Shown one piece after another: positions 39,601 through 53,209 of a stretch of DNA of 64,000 nucleotides. The stretch is from the NCBI GenBank assembly GCA_038087875.1, contig CM075990.1, positions 10,604,001-10,668,000 of the forward strand. Direction: 5' to 3'. The first letter of the stretch is position 1; each line of letters opens with the position of its first letter. This DNA is from Malacoraja senta (taxonomy: Eukaryota). A program made the translations under genes and the position numbers. The notes under the pieces were generated by a model, which searched no databases, was not told the origin of the DNA, and saw nothing but the letters and a program-made list of their open reading frames with translations.

Positions 39601-40491
39601 CAAGGGTTTCACACAATGGAAAAACTATGGAATTAAAAAGATGGGACACCTTTATAAGGAAGGCACTTTTCTTTCATTTCAGGAGTTGCAACAGATTTAT
39701 GGACTTCAAGTAAATGATTTTTTCAGATATCTCCAACTTAGAGATTACGTAAAAGCAAATACTCTAAATTTTAGAATTAGAAATTCAGAAATTTTTGACG
39801 ACTGTTGGAATAAACATCCTAATACAGAAAAACTAATATCTTATATATATAATATTTTATTAGACAGCGATATCCCATTGACGGACTTACACAGACAAAC
39901 TTGGGAAAAAGAACTAAATCAAATAATAACGAAAGATACTTGGGAAGAAAGTTTACAACACATACATCAATGTTCATTAAATGCCAGACATTCTCTAATA
40001 CAATTCAAAGTAATACATAGGTTACATTATTCTAAAACAAAATTAAATAAAATCTTCCCACATATCTCACCAATATGTGATAAATGTCAACATTTAGAAG
40101 CTAACTTATCTCATATGTTTGCAAATTGCATAAAAATTAAAATTTCTGGGTAAATATTTTCACAATAATATCTAAAGTGACTAGCATTCAATTGGACCCG
40201 GATCCAAAATTGATAATACTTGGAACATTAGAACTAAATCAAACATTTACAACAACTCAAAGAAACTTTATTGATTATAGCATAATAACTGGGAAAAAAT
40301 TAATTCTAAAATTTTGGAAAGGCCCTATAACCCCCACAATTAAAATGTGGATTATAGAAATGACGGAGACCTTACACTTGGAAAGAATTAGACTTGTCCT
40401 GTTGGACAAACAGGAACTATTCGTCGGAACATGGTCTCCCTTTATTGACTATTTAAAGGGTCAGAATGGTTCAGCACAGGAACCTGACTAA
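36693..40491 (+). pseudogene. L1 ORF2p (APE endonuclease, RT, C-terminal Cys region), split by frameshifts
   Basis: SWNVKG, FLQETH, NVYGPN, GGDFN, SRIDYF, SDH; LDAEKAFD, RQGCPLSPLLF, LYADD; four ORF pieces. Confidence 0.95.
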
Positions 40492-42710
40492 CACCCGTGC
40501 CAAGGAATAGATGAAAGGTTATACTCTGAAATGTACGAATATATCTCGAATGAAGTTTTTTATCGTAGTAAATTATTCCATTCTTCTTTATTATCTTTTT
40601 TTTTTTGTTTTTGTTTTTGTTTTTGGTTGGGTTTTTTTGTGGGTTTTTTTTCTTGTTTCTTCTCTTTTCTCTCTTTCTTTCTTTATTTCATCTATATCTT
40701 TTTAGTTCTATTTAGTTTAAAAAAGAAAAGAAAAAAGTATTGGAGACATTGTAATAATAATGGACAATATTTGTAATTTAAAAATGTAAGACTGGTATCG
40801 ATTTTAATATGATATGTATCTACCTCCAATAAAAAATATCTTTAAAAAAAAAATAAAAAAAAAGAAGGTAGCAGATTTTCACGTGGAATTTCACTGGAAC
40901 CATTGTTCCATTACCATTTATTTTATCCTTTAATGGTGGTTCTAGTTCTATTATATGTTATGCCCTGCATGTATACACTGCAGTCTGCAATGAAGTACAA
41001 AAATAATCATGAATTGCCTCTGCAGACATATAAATAAAATCTCACTGATTAATTAATAACTAAAAAAAAACAAATAAAATAAAAATATTCCTTTTCTCCA
41101 GAGATGCTGTCTAACATGCTGAGTTACTACAGCTTTTTGTGTCTATAAGATTAATTCCAAAATAGCTGAGCAACTACTGAGTTCAAAGGCAAGAGGAAGA
41201 GACTGGGCAGGCTGGGACTTATACAAGAGAGTGGTACTATCTTTCATTATCAACATCAATGAAGTTAACAAATTCAATGTACCAAATTAAGGAGTTTGGA
41301 GACCTATCAGGGTGCTTTCCAAAGCAAGTATGTGTCATCTTAGCCAAGGGAAAATAGTGTATAAAATCAGCTGAAACTCATGGAAATAAAATTACATTTG
41401 TGTAAGCTGGTGGAAACGTTGATATTCCTTTTGGGGAAATTTACAACATGAGAGTCCTGAATGCATTATCATTATAAATTAGAACGATCTGGACCAGTAA
41501 GCTTGAAGGTTTAAATGTGCAGTAGGTAATTATATATGGAGCCGAAATGAACAATTATAAACTGAAACATTTCGCCAACGCTATTGTGTACGTACGGATG
41601 AAAAGAGGCATTTAATTCCGTTTTCTACTTCTCCCTTCTTCATGATATAATTTTTTTCAGCAAGTGAAACCTATTTACTGTTTAAAACTGAAAGTAATGT
41701 TTTTACACACTTCATTCTTATGTGTCATAAGTATGAATGAAGATTCAAAGCACCTTACTGATCAAGCAACACAACAAATATCATTTGTAAAATTTGGATT
41801 GATTTGGTATTCACACTTTACCACCAACATCATTTGACCAAATAAGGGGACATTTAAAATATTGTCTAATAAATATGCTCTTGTGATTAAGATGTATTTT
41901 AAACTGCAAATGGTTTACCAAAGGTATCAAGGAATTATTCGAGCAGAATTTTATACTTGGATCCCAAAGCACATGTTTAATTAAATACATTAACTACTTT
42001 TCTTTAACCATGAATATTTGATGATGTTTTCACAATAACATATATCTGCTTCTCACTTCTTCGGTGTAAATGGGCATCTGCAGTTCCTTCCTTCACAACA
42101 ATTCCAGAGTTGACGGAGACGGTGCACGCGGCGTCGAGGCGGTGCGCGCAGCCTCGATGCGGCAGCGGGGCGGCAGGCCGTTGCCGCAGGAGATTTTTGG
42201 ACAATGTCACTTTTTCACAGCCCCGCGCGGTGTCGGGACCAACTCCATACGGCTCCGGCGATCTACGTGGGACCGACCCCGCGACCAACGTGCGGTCCTC
42301 GGGCGGCCCCCGCTTCCTGTTAGGTCGCGCTTGCCGCATGAAATCGCCCGCCCATGGGACAGGCCCTTTACATTGATTACGGTCTGAAATAAGGTTTTGG
42401 TTTATGGACTATGGTTTATGTTACAAACATAATTACAACTGCAAGTGACCTCTGATACATCTAGTAGAATAATCTGTTGGCTGATGATTCTTATAAGGAT
42501 CACATTACAGCTTAAGATCAAATTTCAGCTCATGCTTTGAACTTGATCTTAAAAATGTTCTGCCGTAACAGAGTAACATAGTTTTTTTGCATCATGTTGA
42601 TGTACCTGACACCAAAGATACTAGAAGATACCAAAGATACTCAGTCTTTGCCTGACACTACAGGAGTGTTATACCTAGTGTTTTACTTTAACATCTTCTA
42701 TCCTCAGTAA

Positions 42711-43277
42711 TGGCCCTGACCCACGGGCAGGCGGTTACTGGCGGTGAAGCGCGGCGGCGCCGGAAGCGGGGACTGCGCGGCTACTGCGAGAGCACCGCAT
42801 GTATGCCGCGGGAGCGCCGCACGGATGACGCGCGGGGGCCGAGTGATCTCCGTACGGCCGGTCCCACGAGCTTGCGGTAAGTAAAAAAAATTAAACCTTA
42901 CCGGAAGCTGTTGCCGCGCATATGCCGGGTGATCACCGCACGGCCTGTCCCACGAGCGCGGCGTCGGGTGATGACCACATCGCGCAACGCAATGCGCTAC
43001 GTGATGACGTAAATTCGGCTCACGGCGCTGTGGCGGTGCTAGTGGTGCTCACGGCGCACTGGCGGCGGCTGTGCGGTAGGACAACATTTTTGAACGTTGT
43101 CGACTTTTTGTAAAGTCGGGACCGTGGGACCGTGGGACCAACACCGCACGGTCCCGGCGGTGTACGTGGGACCGACCCCGCGGGCCATGCGCGGTCTCTG
43201 GCGGTCCACGAGCGGTCCCAACTTCCTGCTTCACCACCAGTAACCGCCAGTAACCGCATACCCGTGAGACAGGCCTT
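42711..43277. mobile_element. PIF/Harbinger-type MITE
   Basis: TIRs TGGCCCTGACCCACGGGCAGGCGGTTACTGGCGGT / ACCGCCAGTAACCGCATACCCGTGAGACAGGCCTT; TAA TSD at 42708-42710 and 43278-43280. Confidence 0.85.
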
Positions 43278-46200
43278 TAACTGTTCAGGGTATGGAGAAT
43301 GGCTGTTTTTTATACATGGCAATCACAACAATGACTCACAATTGCTTCAAATGAACATAAACAAGAACACAGCCATGCAGAGGAATAGTAACAAATTGGG
43401 ATTCTTGTGGTCTTTAGAGAGTCAAAAACAGTCAATAATATTAAAGTGATATTGTTATTTAAATTCCAAGGGCATATTAAAGATGTGATGTAATATTCTG
43501 TCAGAATTTACTTTCTTCAAAACATGGACTACTATTTGGTTTTGAGGTATCATTACTTCATTGCAATTGATTTGTTTAAACCAGACCTCACAGTTCAAAT
43601 GGATCCACCATGCAATGACAGCAAGCAAAAATATAAGAAATGGCATTCCTACTGTTAGCCTGGAGCCAAGCATCTTGGACAAGCTAATATGGATCTATAT
43701 TTGGAACTATTTCAAAAGATGTTTATCCCAAGTTAAGCCAGTCGGCTTTAGGCTTGATGTCCTCAGGTTTACATATTGATATGCTGCTAAAATTTCCAGT
43801 CAATATTAATTGTTCATCCCACTCATATTCTGCTCTTGCTCAGTTACTTTGCTTCTCAAATTAAACCTGAAGAACAATTTTTCATTTTGGTATATTGCAG
43901 CCTTCTGGAGTCAGTGTGAGATTACAAAAAAAAGTTAACAATATTATTATTCTCATTTATATTTATTCTGGAGTTAACTTGAATTTTTATTTCACCAGTT
44001 CTTTTCCCTTTATGCCATCATCGTCTTTTTTTGTTTCATCTTCAACAGATGATCCGTTTTCTTTTCTTCCCTAACCAATCCTATCACCACTCAACCAACC
44101 TTTTGGAAAAGTTATTGACCTTAGATATAATTTCTGTTTCTCTCTTTGTAGGTAATTACTGAACTGTTGAGTACTTCCAGTCATTTTTGCTTTGTAATTT
44201 TTCTTGACAGCTGCTGGAGCACACTGCAAAAAGGAAAATAAAAAATAAATGTTTGAAGCATCTGGGCAGTGTTAACTGGGGTGTTTATTGAACATTTTAT
44301 TTTAAAAATGATAAATAAATAAGCGATGCAAGGAACTGCAATTGTTGGTTTATGAAAAAAGACAGAAAGTAACTCAGCAGGTCAGGCAACATCGCTGGAG
44401 AACGTTTGTGACGTTTCAGGTCAGGACCCTTCTTCACTCTTTTATTGAACAATTAAGGTACATGAGCAGGCACCTTGATTTTCTTATACAATAGAAATGA
44501 TGAAATGCATCGCTAAGGACTCAAGGTGAAAAAATGGTTCATAATGTAACAAATATAGGAGGCATTGATGAGACTGGAAACAAATTGGAAACCCTAACTT
44601 AGGAAAAAGGGGTATTATAGTTTCATAGTTGTGGCATTTTCTAGAGTCATAATAGGTCTCTGGGTAAAAACCTGACAAATGGAATTTAATGTTGAGAAGT
44701 ACAAGGTTATTCAATTAGGTAAGTAGAATAAAAAGTCAAATTTAAATTTATAAATAAGGAGATTTTGTTACAGTTCCATAAGATGTTGGTGAGATGACAC
44801 CCGACATTCTGTACACTGTTTTGGTTCCCTTACCTAAAATAAGGATATGATAGCATTGGAGATAGTCCAAAGAAGATTGGTCAAGCTAATTGATGGGATA
44901 GAAGGGTTTTCCTATCACAGAAAACTGGAATTTATGATTTTTATTTCTTGGAGAATGACGGATTCACCTGATTAATCTGTTGGAATTCTTTGCGGAAGTA
45001 ACAATCAGGATTGACAAAGAAGAGTCAGTGGATGAATAAACAAAGAACGGTAGATGCTGATTAATACACAAAAGGATAAAAAGAACTGGAGTAATGCAGC
45101 AGGTCTGGCAGCATCTCTGGAGAACATGGATAAGTGACGTTTCGGACCTCATCTCCCTCCATCTACCCTTCTCCACACAAATCAGCATTGATTAACAAGG
45201 ATTCACCCTCACTCTTAAATAATTCAGTCATGTGGAAAATATTGGTCACAACCCTTACACAGATATTTCCTTTGTTCCCTCCACCCCTCCTCTTCTTTAC
45301 AACTTAGGGCAGGCTTTTCTTCACACACTTGATATTGGGTTGGTATTACCATGTTATTATTGTCACATGTACTGAGATATAGTGAAAAACGTTTGTTTGC
45401 GTGCTATCCAGTCAAATCAAATCATAATAAACATCAAGCCATACATAAGTACAAGAGGTGGACCTTGGAGAGCAATAATGGTGGTAGAGGGAACAGAAAA
45501 ATGCAGGTAAAATATGGAACTTTTCCATCAGAGTTCTACTCTGGCATTGTAATGGGAAGGCTGAAGAAACTGCAGATGCTAAAATCTTGAGCAGGAAACA
45601 AAGTGCTCGAGGAACTCAGCAGGTCAAGTAGCATCTGTAGAGTGAAAAGGACAGACCCTTCTTCAGTCTGTAAAGACTTACTTGTTCCATAAGGGCCCAA
45701 TGATGGTTGGTTCTAGGATAACTTAGTCTAAATCATGCATTGTTGCGGCAGGATACAACTGAACATAATTAAGAAAGGGTGCAATGGTGAAATGTGTGGA
45801 TGTACCTCTGAAGAGATCTGAAATGAATGGTCGTTACTACTTTTCACTCAATTTTCATTTAATCACTCAATGCCTCAATCTGAATCCTACCCCACTGTCA
45901 ATCACCCATGCTGAATGTCTCGCCAATCCCCAGGTGCCAATCTACACAGCTGGCTCTCCAGGCACAATGCTTCCCCTTCCACCACTCCTGATCCTCAATA
46001 AGAATGTCTGTTGCTTTCCTCCCGATATCCAGCAGATCTTAACCCATTGTCCTGAGTAAAATTTCCAATCGCAAAGTAATTATCCTGCCTTCAATTCCAT
46101 TCTCCATCCCCCACACGCTTTCCATGTAGCCTTTCTTTCCCCGCCCCATCATGACCATCGTCCTGCCCTGATGAAGCATGAAGCAAACCTCTCCAGCCAT

Positions 46201-46358
46201 GTCTTGGGATTGGACAAAGTTGCATTTTTTTTGCCCACAAATGTCAGTTCGATTGTGAATTGAAATGAGTTTTAATAGATTGGTATAGCAATCAAAATGA
46301 TAATTGTGGCATTCTTGCATACCTTTGAGGAGGCATTGAACTTTTTCGGGATAGACTG

Positions 46359-49300
46359 CTTGTCGTGGCTATCCCTCGAGGTCGAGGATGATGGTCTACG
46401 TTCCGTTGTTTTTATGGACTCTCAGGTGGTTTATGAGTCCAATCCTGGCTTTGAAAGTTCTTTGGCATTCAGAACAAATGCCAAGATGATTCCAGATGGC
46501 AGATCGGGCTTTCCTTCTCTTTTCTTTTAATTTTGCACATCTGTTGGCTTCAAAGGTCGCTGTTCCTTCTTGGATGAAGGTTCACCAGAGTTTCCTGTCC
46601 TTGGCATTGGTTTCCCAGTTATCAATGTCGATTTCACATTTCTTCATGCTGGCTTTTAAGACGTCTTTGAATCTCTTCTTTTGTCCGCCTCTTTTATGTT
46701 TGCCTTCTTTAAGCTGGGAGTAGGTTTGCTTTGGTAGATGCTCGTCTTCCATCCGAACAACATGACCGACTATCTTAGTTGGTTCTTGATGACGAAGGCT
46801 TTGATGCTAGATATTTTTGCTTCATTCAGCATGCTGACGTTGGTTCTCCTGTCTTCCCAGCTGATATTTAAGCTGCTTCGATGACATCGTTGATGGAACT
46901 TTTCAAGTGTTTTCAGATGGCGTTGTTCAGGTTTCTGATGCATACAGGAGCGTTGGAATCACCACTGCTTTGTACACTAACATTTTGGTGTCTGTTCGGA
47001 TGTCACAGTTCTGAAAGACTCTCGTTAGAAGATGTTGGAGGACAGGTGACTTCCAAGGTACGGAAAGTGATCCACATTTTCCAGGCTTGTTTCACCAAGT
47101 TAAATTGATGGTTCTTTCCGATTTGTCTCAGTTGGTGACAAATGGTAGATAACCTGAGTCTTCTTGGAGTTGATGGTAAGTCCAAGTTTCGTGTATGTAC
47201 TGTTGAAGGCAGTCAGGATCTGTTGAGGATGATTTTCTGAGAGAGCTGCAACACAGTTGTCATCTGCGTATTGGAACTCGATGAGGGAGCTGATAGATGT
47301 CTTAGTTTTGGACTTGAGATGGGCAAGATTGAAAAGTCTGCCATCTGTTCTGTAGACGATTTCGATTCCTGGGGGTAGGTCAACTTTGCTGAAGTGGATG
47401 GTTGACACAATGAAGATGGTGTTGGGCAATCACGCATCCCTTATTTACTCCTGATCTGACTTGAAACGGCTCACAGTTGCAGTTGCTGGCCATGACTGTG
47501 GCAAGCATGTCATCGTGGAGGAGTCTCAGGATTCAAATGTACTTTTCAGGACATCCATAGATGGATAGGACGTCCCATAAGAGTTCCCTTGATACCGAAT
47601 CGAAGGCCTTAATGAGGTCGATGAATGCCATGTACAAAGGTTGAAGTTGTTCACAACATTTTTCTTGTAGTTAGCGCATTGTGAAGATCATGTCGGCTGT
47701 TCCACGTGATGGTCTAAACCCGACTTGTGTCTCCGGAAGGATCTTCTTGGCTAAAGGCTTGAGTCGGTTGTTCATGATGCGGGTGAGGACCTTGCCTGCT
47801 GTTGCTAACAGGGAAATTCCACGAACGTTTCCTCAGTCAGATCAATCGCCTTTCCTTTTGTAGATGGTAACGATTGCTGAAGTCTAAAGGCTCCTGGTAC
47901 ATCTTCATTCATCCAGATCTTGTTGAGAAGTTGATGCAGTTGGTAATGGGGCAGGTTACCTTCAATTTTGTAGACCTCTGTGGTATTCCGTCGAGTCCAG
48001 CTGCCTTGTTGTTTTTCAAGGTTTTGATGGCTTCCTTGACTTTTTCAAGTGATAGTATTCTGCTTAAGGAGTCGTCAACGGGCTGCTTTGGAAAGTTGTT
48101 GATCACATTCCTGTCAAATGAGGCGGTTTGATTTAGAAGATCTTTAAAATGTTCCCTCCATCTAGAATTGATGTCAGCATTGCTCTTCAGGATGGTTGAC
48201 CCATCTTTGCTTTTGAGAGGGGCTTGACCGTGAGTGGATGGACCAAGAATGGCTTTGGTTGCATTGAAAAAGTCTTGAGTGTCCTTGGCATCTGCTAGTT
48301 ATTGGATGTCCTGAGCTTTCTCCCTCCACCATTGTTTTTTCAGGTTTCAGGTGCTCTTCTGGACTGCAGCCTTGCATTCCTAATAGCACTTCCTGTTGGT
48401 AGCCGACTGTTGGTAATTTTGTACGGTGATGAAAACTTTGTTTGTCATTATCGTCGAACCAACCCTGATGTTTTATTTTACTTGGACCCAATTGTTTCCT
48501 TGCGGGAGGCGATGATAGTGTTCTTCAATAGATTCCAGTGCTCTTCGACAGATGGTGGGATTTGTTGAGGCAGTTGTTGAAACTTCGGTATATGGTCGAT
48601 GTCTTGAAAGACATCAACATTGAATTTCTTGATGGTGTTCTGGTTTTGATGTTTCCTTTTGGGCCGAATCTTCATTCTCATGGTGGACGAGATGAGACGA
48701 TGGTCTGTCCAGCACTCATCGGCACCAGAATCGGCTCTTGTTTTCAGTACATCCTGTTGGTCACAGGATCGTACGATGATGCAGTCATTGAGGTGCCAGT
48801 GTTTGGAATGTGCCAGGAGACTTTGTGCCTGTTTTTCTGGAGAAATAAAGTGTTTGTAATCACCAGGTTGTGTTCAGCACATTTGGTCTTCTTTTAGTGT
48901 CCATCTTGTTATAAATGTTGACCTCGCTGTCATCGTCTGTCCTGAAAAGGACGCAAGCCTCCGGCGACAATCAGTGGAAGCCATCACTTGTCGCAATAGA
49001 TGATGGTGGTAGCTGAATTAGCTCAGGATACTTCCGGTTTCCAGTCCCGCGATGTGGACGCTTCTGCTATGGGCCCGCACATTTGTTGAGGAGTGTTCCA
49101 TTGGCGTTGACCTTGCCAACCCCTTCCTTGCCAATTGTTCCAGTCCAGAGCCTATGATCTTTCCCGACTCTGGCATTGAAGTCTCCTAAGAAAATGATCT
49201 TGTTGTCATTGGGAACAGAATAAAGGACGTCGTCAAGTTGGGCGTAGAAATTCTCCTTTACTTCGTCTTCAGTGTCCAGAGTTGGAGCAAAGGTGCTGAT

Positions 49301-50021
49301 GATGGTGGTGTATTGGTTCTTGACAAGCTGGATTCGTAGACTCATATGATGTTCATTGATTCCCACTGGTTGCTCTGTCAGCTTCTAAAGTAGGCTGTTT
49401 CGAATGGCAAAACCCACTCCGTGGATCCTCGGTTGTTCAGGATCAAGACCTTTCCAGAAAAAGGTGTATTGACCTTGTTCTTCCTTCAGTTGCCCTTCTC
49501 TAGCTCTGCGGGTATCACTCAGAGCAACGATGTCAAAGCTGAATTTTTGGAGTTCCCGAGCAACAAAGGCGGTTCTTTTCTCTGGTCGGTCTGAGTTTGG
49601 TTGTCCATCAGAGTTCGTATATTCCAAGTTCCAAGTTTCATAGTTTCGCTTCTTGATGGCTTTCGACTGCCTGATGGTGATCCCTCTGGACGCAGCTTTC
49701 CAGACAGGACGAGTCGAAGCAGACGGTCCTTCACAAAACAATCAATTAATTCCAATGGCAAGGGAACCAAGACGATTAGAGCTGATAGATCTGTTGCAGC
49801 CTTCATCCGCCTTCATAGTCGTTGAGTTCAAGATAACTTTGTTCGCCTGGTCCGCCTTTGAGGTCTTGTAGATTGGATCGTTCTTATTCTGGACCCTCAT
49901 CCTCGATCTTTCCGCTATGGGTGACCCAACCAGAAGCTAGGTGCTTCCGACGGCATCGCTTTCGGAATCGTGGGGGAACGCAAGCCTCTTCACCATGGCA
50001 AGGTAAACGATCCGAAGAGGA
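46359..50021 (-). mobile_element. Near full-length RTE-clade LINE, decayed
   Basis: MKLGTWNIRTLMD, VARELQKFSFDIVALSDTR, FLGDFNARVG, NNKAAGLDGIP, EFQYADD; probable TSD GAYAGACTG at 46350-46358 and 50022-50030. Confidence 0.9.
48886..49076 (-). mobile_element. ~190-bp bipartite RTEX-derived non-autonomous element inserted in the RTE
   Basis: Head matches 11900-12103; tail GATGGACACTAAAAGAAGA matches 12802-12819; TSD GCACATTTG at 48877-48885 and 49077-49085. Confidence 0.75.
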
Positions 50022-50664
50022 GACAGACTGATTTTAAAAGGAATCACAATTTTAACTTTTGGACAATGCTGACCTCTAGTGTAAGACAATATATTTTCTT
50101 TAAATCATTGAAAACTCAAGTTGTTGGTTGAGCAGAGGACAGTGAATTGGTGATTACAGAATTTTTTTCCAACTTGTTTTTTTCATCATTCATTTTATAT
50201 AGATACATAGCAATGCGGAAGTGTACACAATACAAAGAGCATCATGATATTCCACAAAGGTGCAGTCTTTATCATAAATAATTGTGTAAAATAATTAAAT
50301 CAGTTACTCTGTTGAATCTTTTTAGCTTTTTGTAAGCCTCAAATTTCACAAGAATTCAAGCCCTACCCTTCTAAAAATACAGGAGTTAAAACACTGTAGA
50401 GTTATTTTAAAGAAAGGAAATTTTATTCTATGAATTCTTATAAGTTTCTGTTGTTCATGCATTTCAGAATTTCAATGTTTAATGTTTAATGTTTTATTTA
50501 ATTTCAATGTTTAAGACTAGGCAGACCACTTTCTGCCTAGGTTTACCAAATCTTTTTCTTACACTCAAACTATTACATTCAAAAATAAATTATGTTGCAG
50601 CCCTTGAAGGGTATTGACGTGTTAGTTTCTTTGTCCTTTGACGGTTGACTTCAAGACCCTCAAC

Positions 50665-51570
50665 AGCATTGATATAGAGGGATCTTGGGGTCCAGGTCTG
50701 TAGCTCCCTGAAGGTGGCAACACAAGTAGATAGAGTGGTAAATAAGGCATATGGTATGCCTGCCTTCATTGGTTAGGGCATTGAGTATTAAGTGTCAGGA
50801 TGTCATGATGCAGCTCAATAAGACTTTGGTTAGGCTGCATTTGGAGTATTGCATATAGTTGTGGTCACCACATTACAGGAAGATGTGGAGGCTTTGGAGA
50901 GTGTTGAGAAGAGATTTGCAAGAATGCTGCCTAGATTAAGGGGTATTAATTACAAGGAGAGGTCGGACAAACTTGGATTGTTTACTTTAGAATACTGGAG
51001 TTTCTTCCTCTTCACATACCTAAAGAAGCTTATACTATCCTTTATATTCTTGACTAGCTTACCTTCATACCTCATCTTTCCTCCCAGTATTGCCTTTTTA
51101 GTTATCTTCTGTTGCGCTTTAAAAGTTTCCCAATCCTCCGGCTTCACGATCATCTTTGCTATGTTTATACTGTCGCTGACTTCCCTTGTCAGCCACAGTC
51201 GCCCCTTACTCCCCTTGGAAACTTTCTTCCTCTTTGGAATGAACTGATCTTGCACCTTCTGAATTATTCCCAGAAATACCTGCCATTGTTGTTCCACTGT
51301 CCCCTGCTGAGGTATCTTTCCAGTCAACTTTGGCCAGCTCCTCCCTCATGGCTCCATAGTCCCCTTTGTTCAATTGTAATACTGACACTCCTGATTTTCC
51401 CTTCTCCCTCTCAAATTGTAGATTAAAAATTATCATATTATGGTCACTACCTCCTAATGGCTCCTTTACATCGATTTCACTTATCAAATCAGGTTCATTA
51501 CACAACACTAAATCCAGAATTGCCTTCTCCCTGGTAGGCTCTAGTACAAGCTGCTCTAAGAATCCATCCA
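50665..51570. mobile_element. Two CR1 fragments, (+) 50665-51000 and (-) 51000-51570
   Basis: EDVEALESVEKRFARMLP (+); EPTREKAILDLVLCNEPDLI..LGGSDHNMI (-). Confidence 0.85.
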
Positions 51571-51678
51571 GTTGCAGTTGGAGCACCAAGTTCAAGTTCC
51601 AGATATTTAGGGATGAACTTATTCAGTATTTAGTATTAATAGCTGAGCTGTGGTCAATGAATAGCATCATGGCACAGG

Positions 51679-52001
51679 TTTGGTTTAGTTTAGTTTAGAG
51701 ATACAGCGCGAAAATAGGTCCTTCGGCCCACCGAGTCCGCGCCGACCAGCGATCCCCACACATTAACATTATCCTACACACACCAGGGGCATTTTACACA
51801 TACACCAAGCCAAATAACCTACATACCTGTACGTCTTTGGAGTGTGGGAGGAAATCGAAGATCTCTGAGAAATCCCATGCAGTCGTGGGGAGAACGTACA
51901 AACTCCGTACAGACTGCACCCGTAATCAGGATTGAACCCGGATCTCCGGCGCTGCAAGCGCTGTAAGGCAGCAACTCTACCACTGTGCGACTATGCCACC
52001 C
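51679..52001 (-). mobile_element. Full-length tRNA-derived SINE
   Basis: GGGTGGCATAGTCGCACAGTGGTAGAG head, GGTTCAATCC B box, CTGTATCTCTAAACTAAACTAAAC tail. Confidence 0.85.
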
Positions 52002-52625
52002 TGGTGTTCTTATGTCCTGGTGAACACTGTGGTGTTCTTATTATCAAGCTGATCCAGAGTTGAATGTACTACAAGAGAGATGAGACCCTCTCTCGACCTA
52101 TTTTATTTCATGCAAATTACAAATTATAGATTGTCCGGAAGACAGGTTAAAAATGGGGTCCATTTCCAATCTTTCAAAGCACTTCATTGTGGGTGATGAT
52201 AGACCTACTAGATGGTATAGGCTGTGGGCCGAGCATCAAAAATGTGTCTAGAAATAGATTTTCGTGACCCACGTCACCGAACTACATGAAATTTTCCACA
52301 GATTTAGATGAAATATAATTGAGAAGGAAGTCATAACTCGTCATTGCCAAAAGCTGCACATTAATTAATTAAACTAATTAGAAAATAAGATCGGGAAAGT
52401 AAGCGCCATCTAGTGGCCAATGCCCATATTACACCATGGGCAGCCTATTTCCGTGTTGCAGTCCATTTAAACTATATAGGATTACACCTATATATATATA
52501 GTGGGGGTATAGGTATATATATATATCTTGTAAATATGACTGTAATCATATATAATTAAGTATAATTATATTATATAAAATTAATATGATGAATATAATT
52601 GTGAGTGTTTTTTTAATGACAGTCG

Positions 52626-52986
52626 CAGAGGTCCTGCTCCTGAACCAGCCTAATTAATGGGTGAGGGCAGTTCTTGTGGGTTCCTCCCTTTACTGAACCC
52701 CACTGACTGCCAGTGTGCAGAGTGGGGGTCACGGCCATAGTGGGACTGGGGCAGTTCCAGGCTGGGGGACAGTCCTGCAACGCATCTTCCAGTCGCTTTA
52801 ATAGGAAATGTAATGAGACTGCAGCAGAGGTCCCAGGTTTTAAGAGCTCATGAACCTGCCTAATTAAAGGACAGATCCTCTGGGTTCCCCCTTTTACTGA
52901 ACCCCACTGACTGCCATAGTGGGGAGAGTGGGGGTAACGGCCATAGTGGGACTGGGGCAGTGCCAGGCTGGGTGGCAGTCCTGTAA
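52626..52986. repeat. Diverged tandem duplication (~200-bp period)
   Basis: TTTACTGAACCCCACTGACTGCCA and ACGGCCATAGTGGGACTGGGGCAG each occur twice. Confidence 0.85.
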
Positions 52987-53209
52987 GAGACCTGTCTTAT
53001 TTCTGATGTAAATGTCACATCCTAACCAAGAATCGAATGCTCTGAAGTTTACTCGATGAGTATTCATTTGAAGCTACAATGTGCCTATATTTATGTTAGA
53101 GACCCCCCCCCCCCCCCGATGGTGCCTTTGCAAATGAGGGCTATTACCTTTAACCTAATTGTTGCATTGTTTGAGTATCTGTAGTTTGGGTTTCTGTGTA
53201 TACCTGTCA

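Larger units (their letters stand above)
34424..40863 (+). mobile_element. Near full-length L1 LINE
   Basis: CpG-rich 5' UTR beginning (GA)CTTCCGG, ORF1, ~1-kb AT-rich spacer, ORF2, AATAAA at 40828-40833, poly-A at 40844-40863. Confidence 0.95.
33974..42367. mobile_element. PIF/Harbinger-type element split around cargo and a nested L1
   Basis: TIRs AGGGCCTGTTCCACGGGCGGGCGATTTCATGCGGCAAGCGCGACC / GGTCGCGCTTGCCGCATGAAATCGCCCGCCCATGGGACAGGCCCT; TTA TSD at 33971-33973 and 42368-42370; left arm has three 87-bp repeats. Confidence 0.7.

Noticed and set aside
51900..52001. tRNA-like A/B boxes (also ~10760-10831 and ~22885-22955)
   Set aside because: SINE heads continuing into a shared SINE body, not tRNA genes
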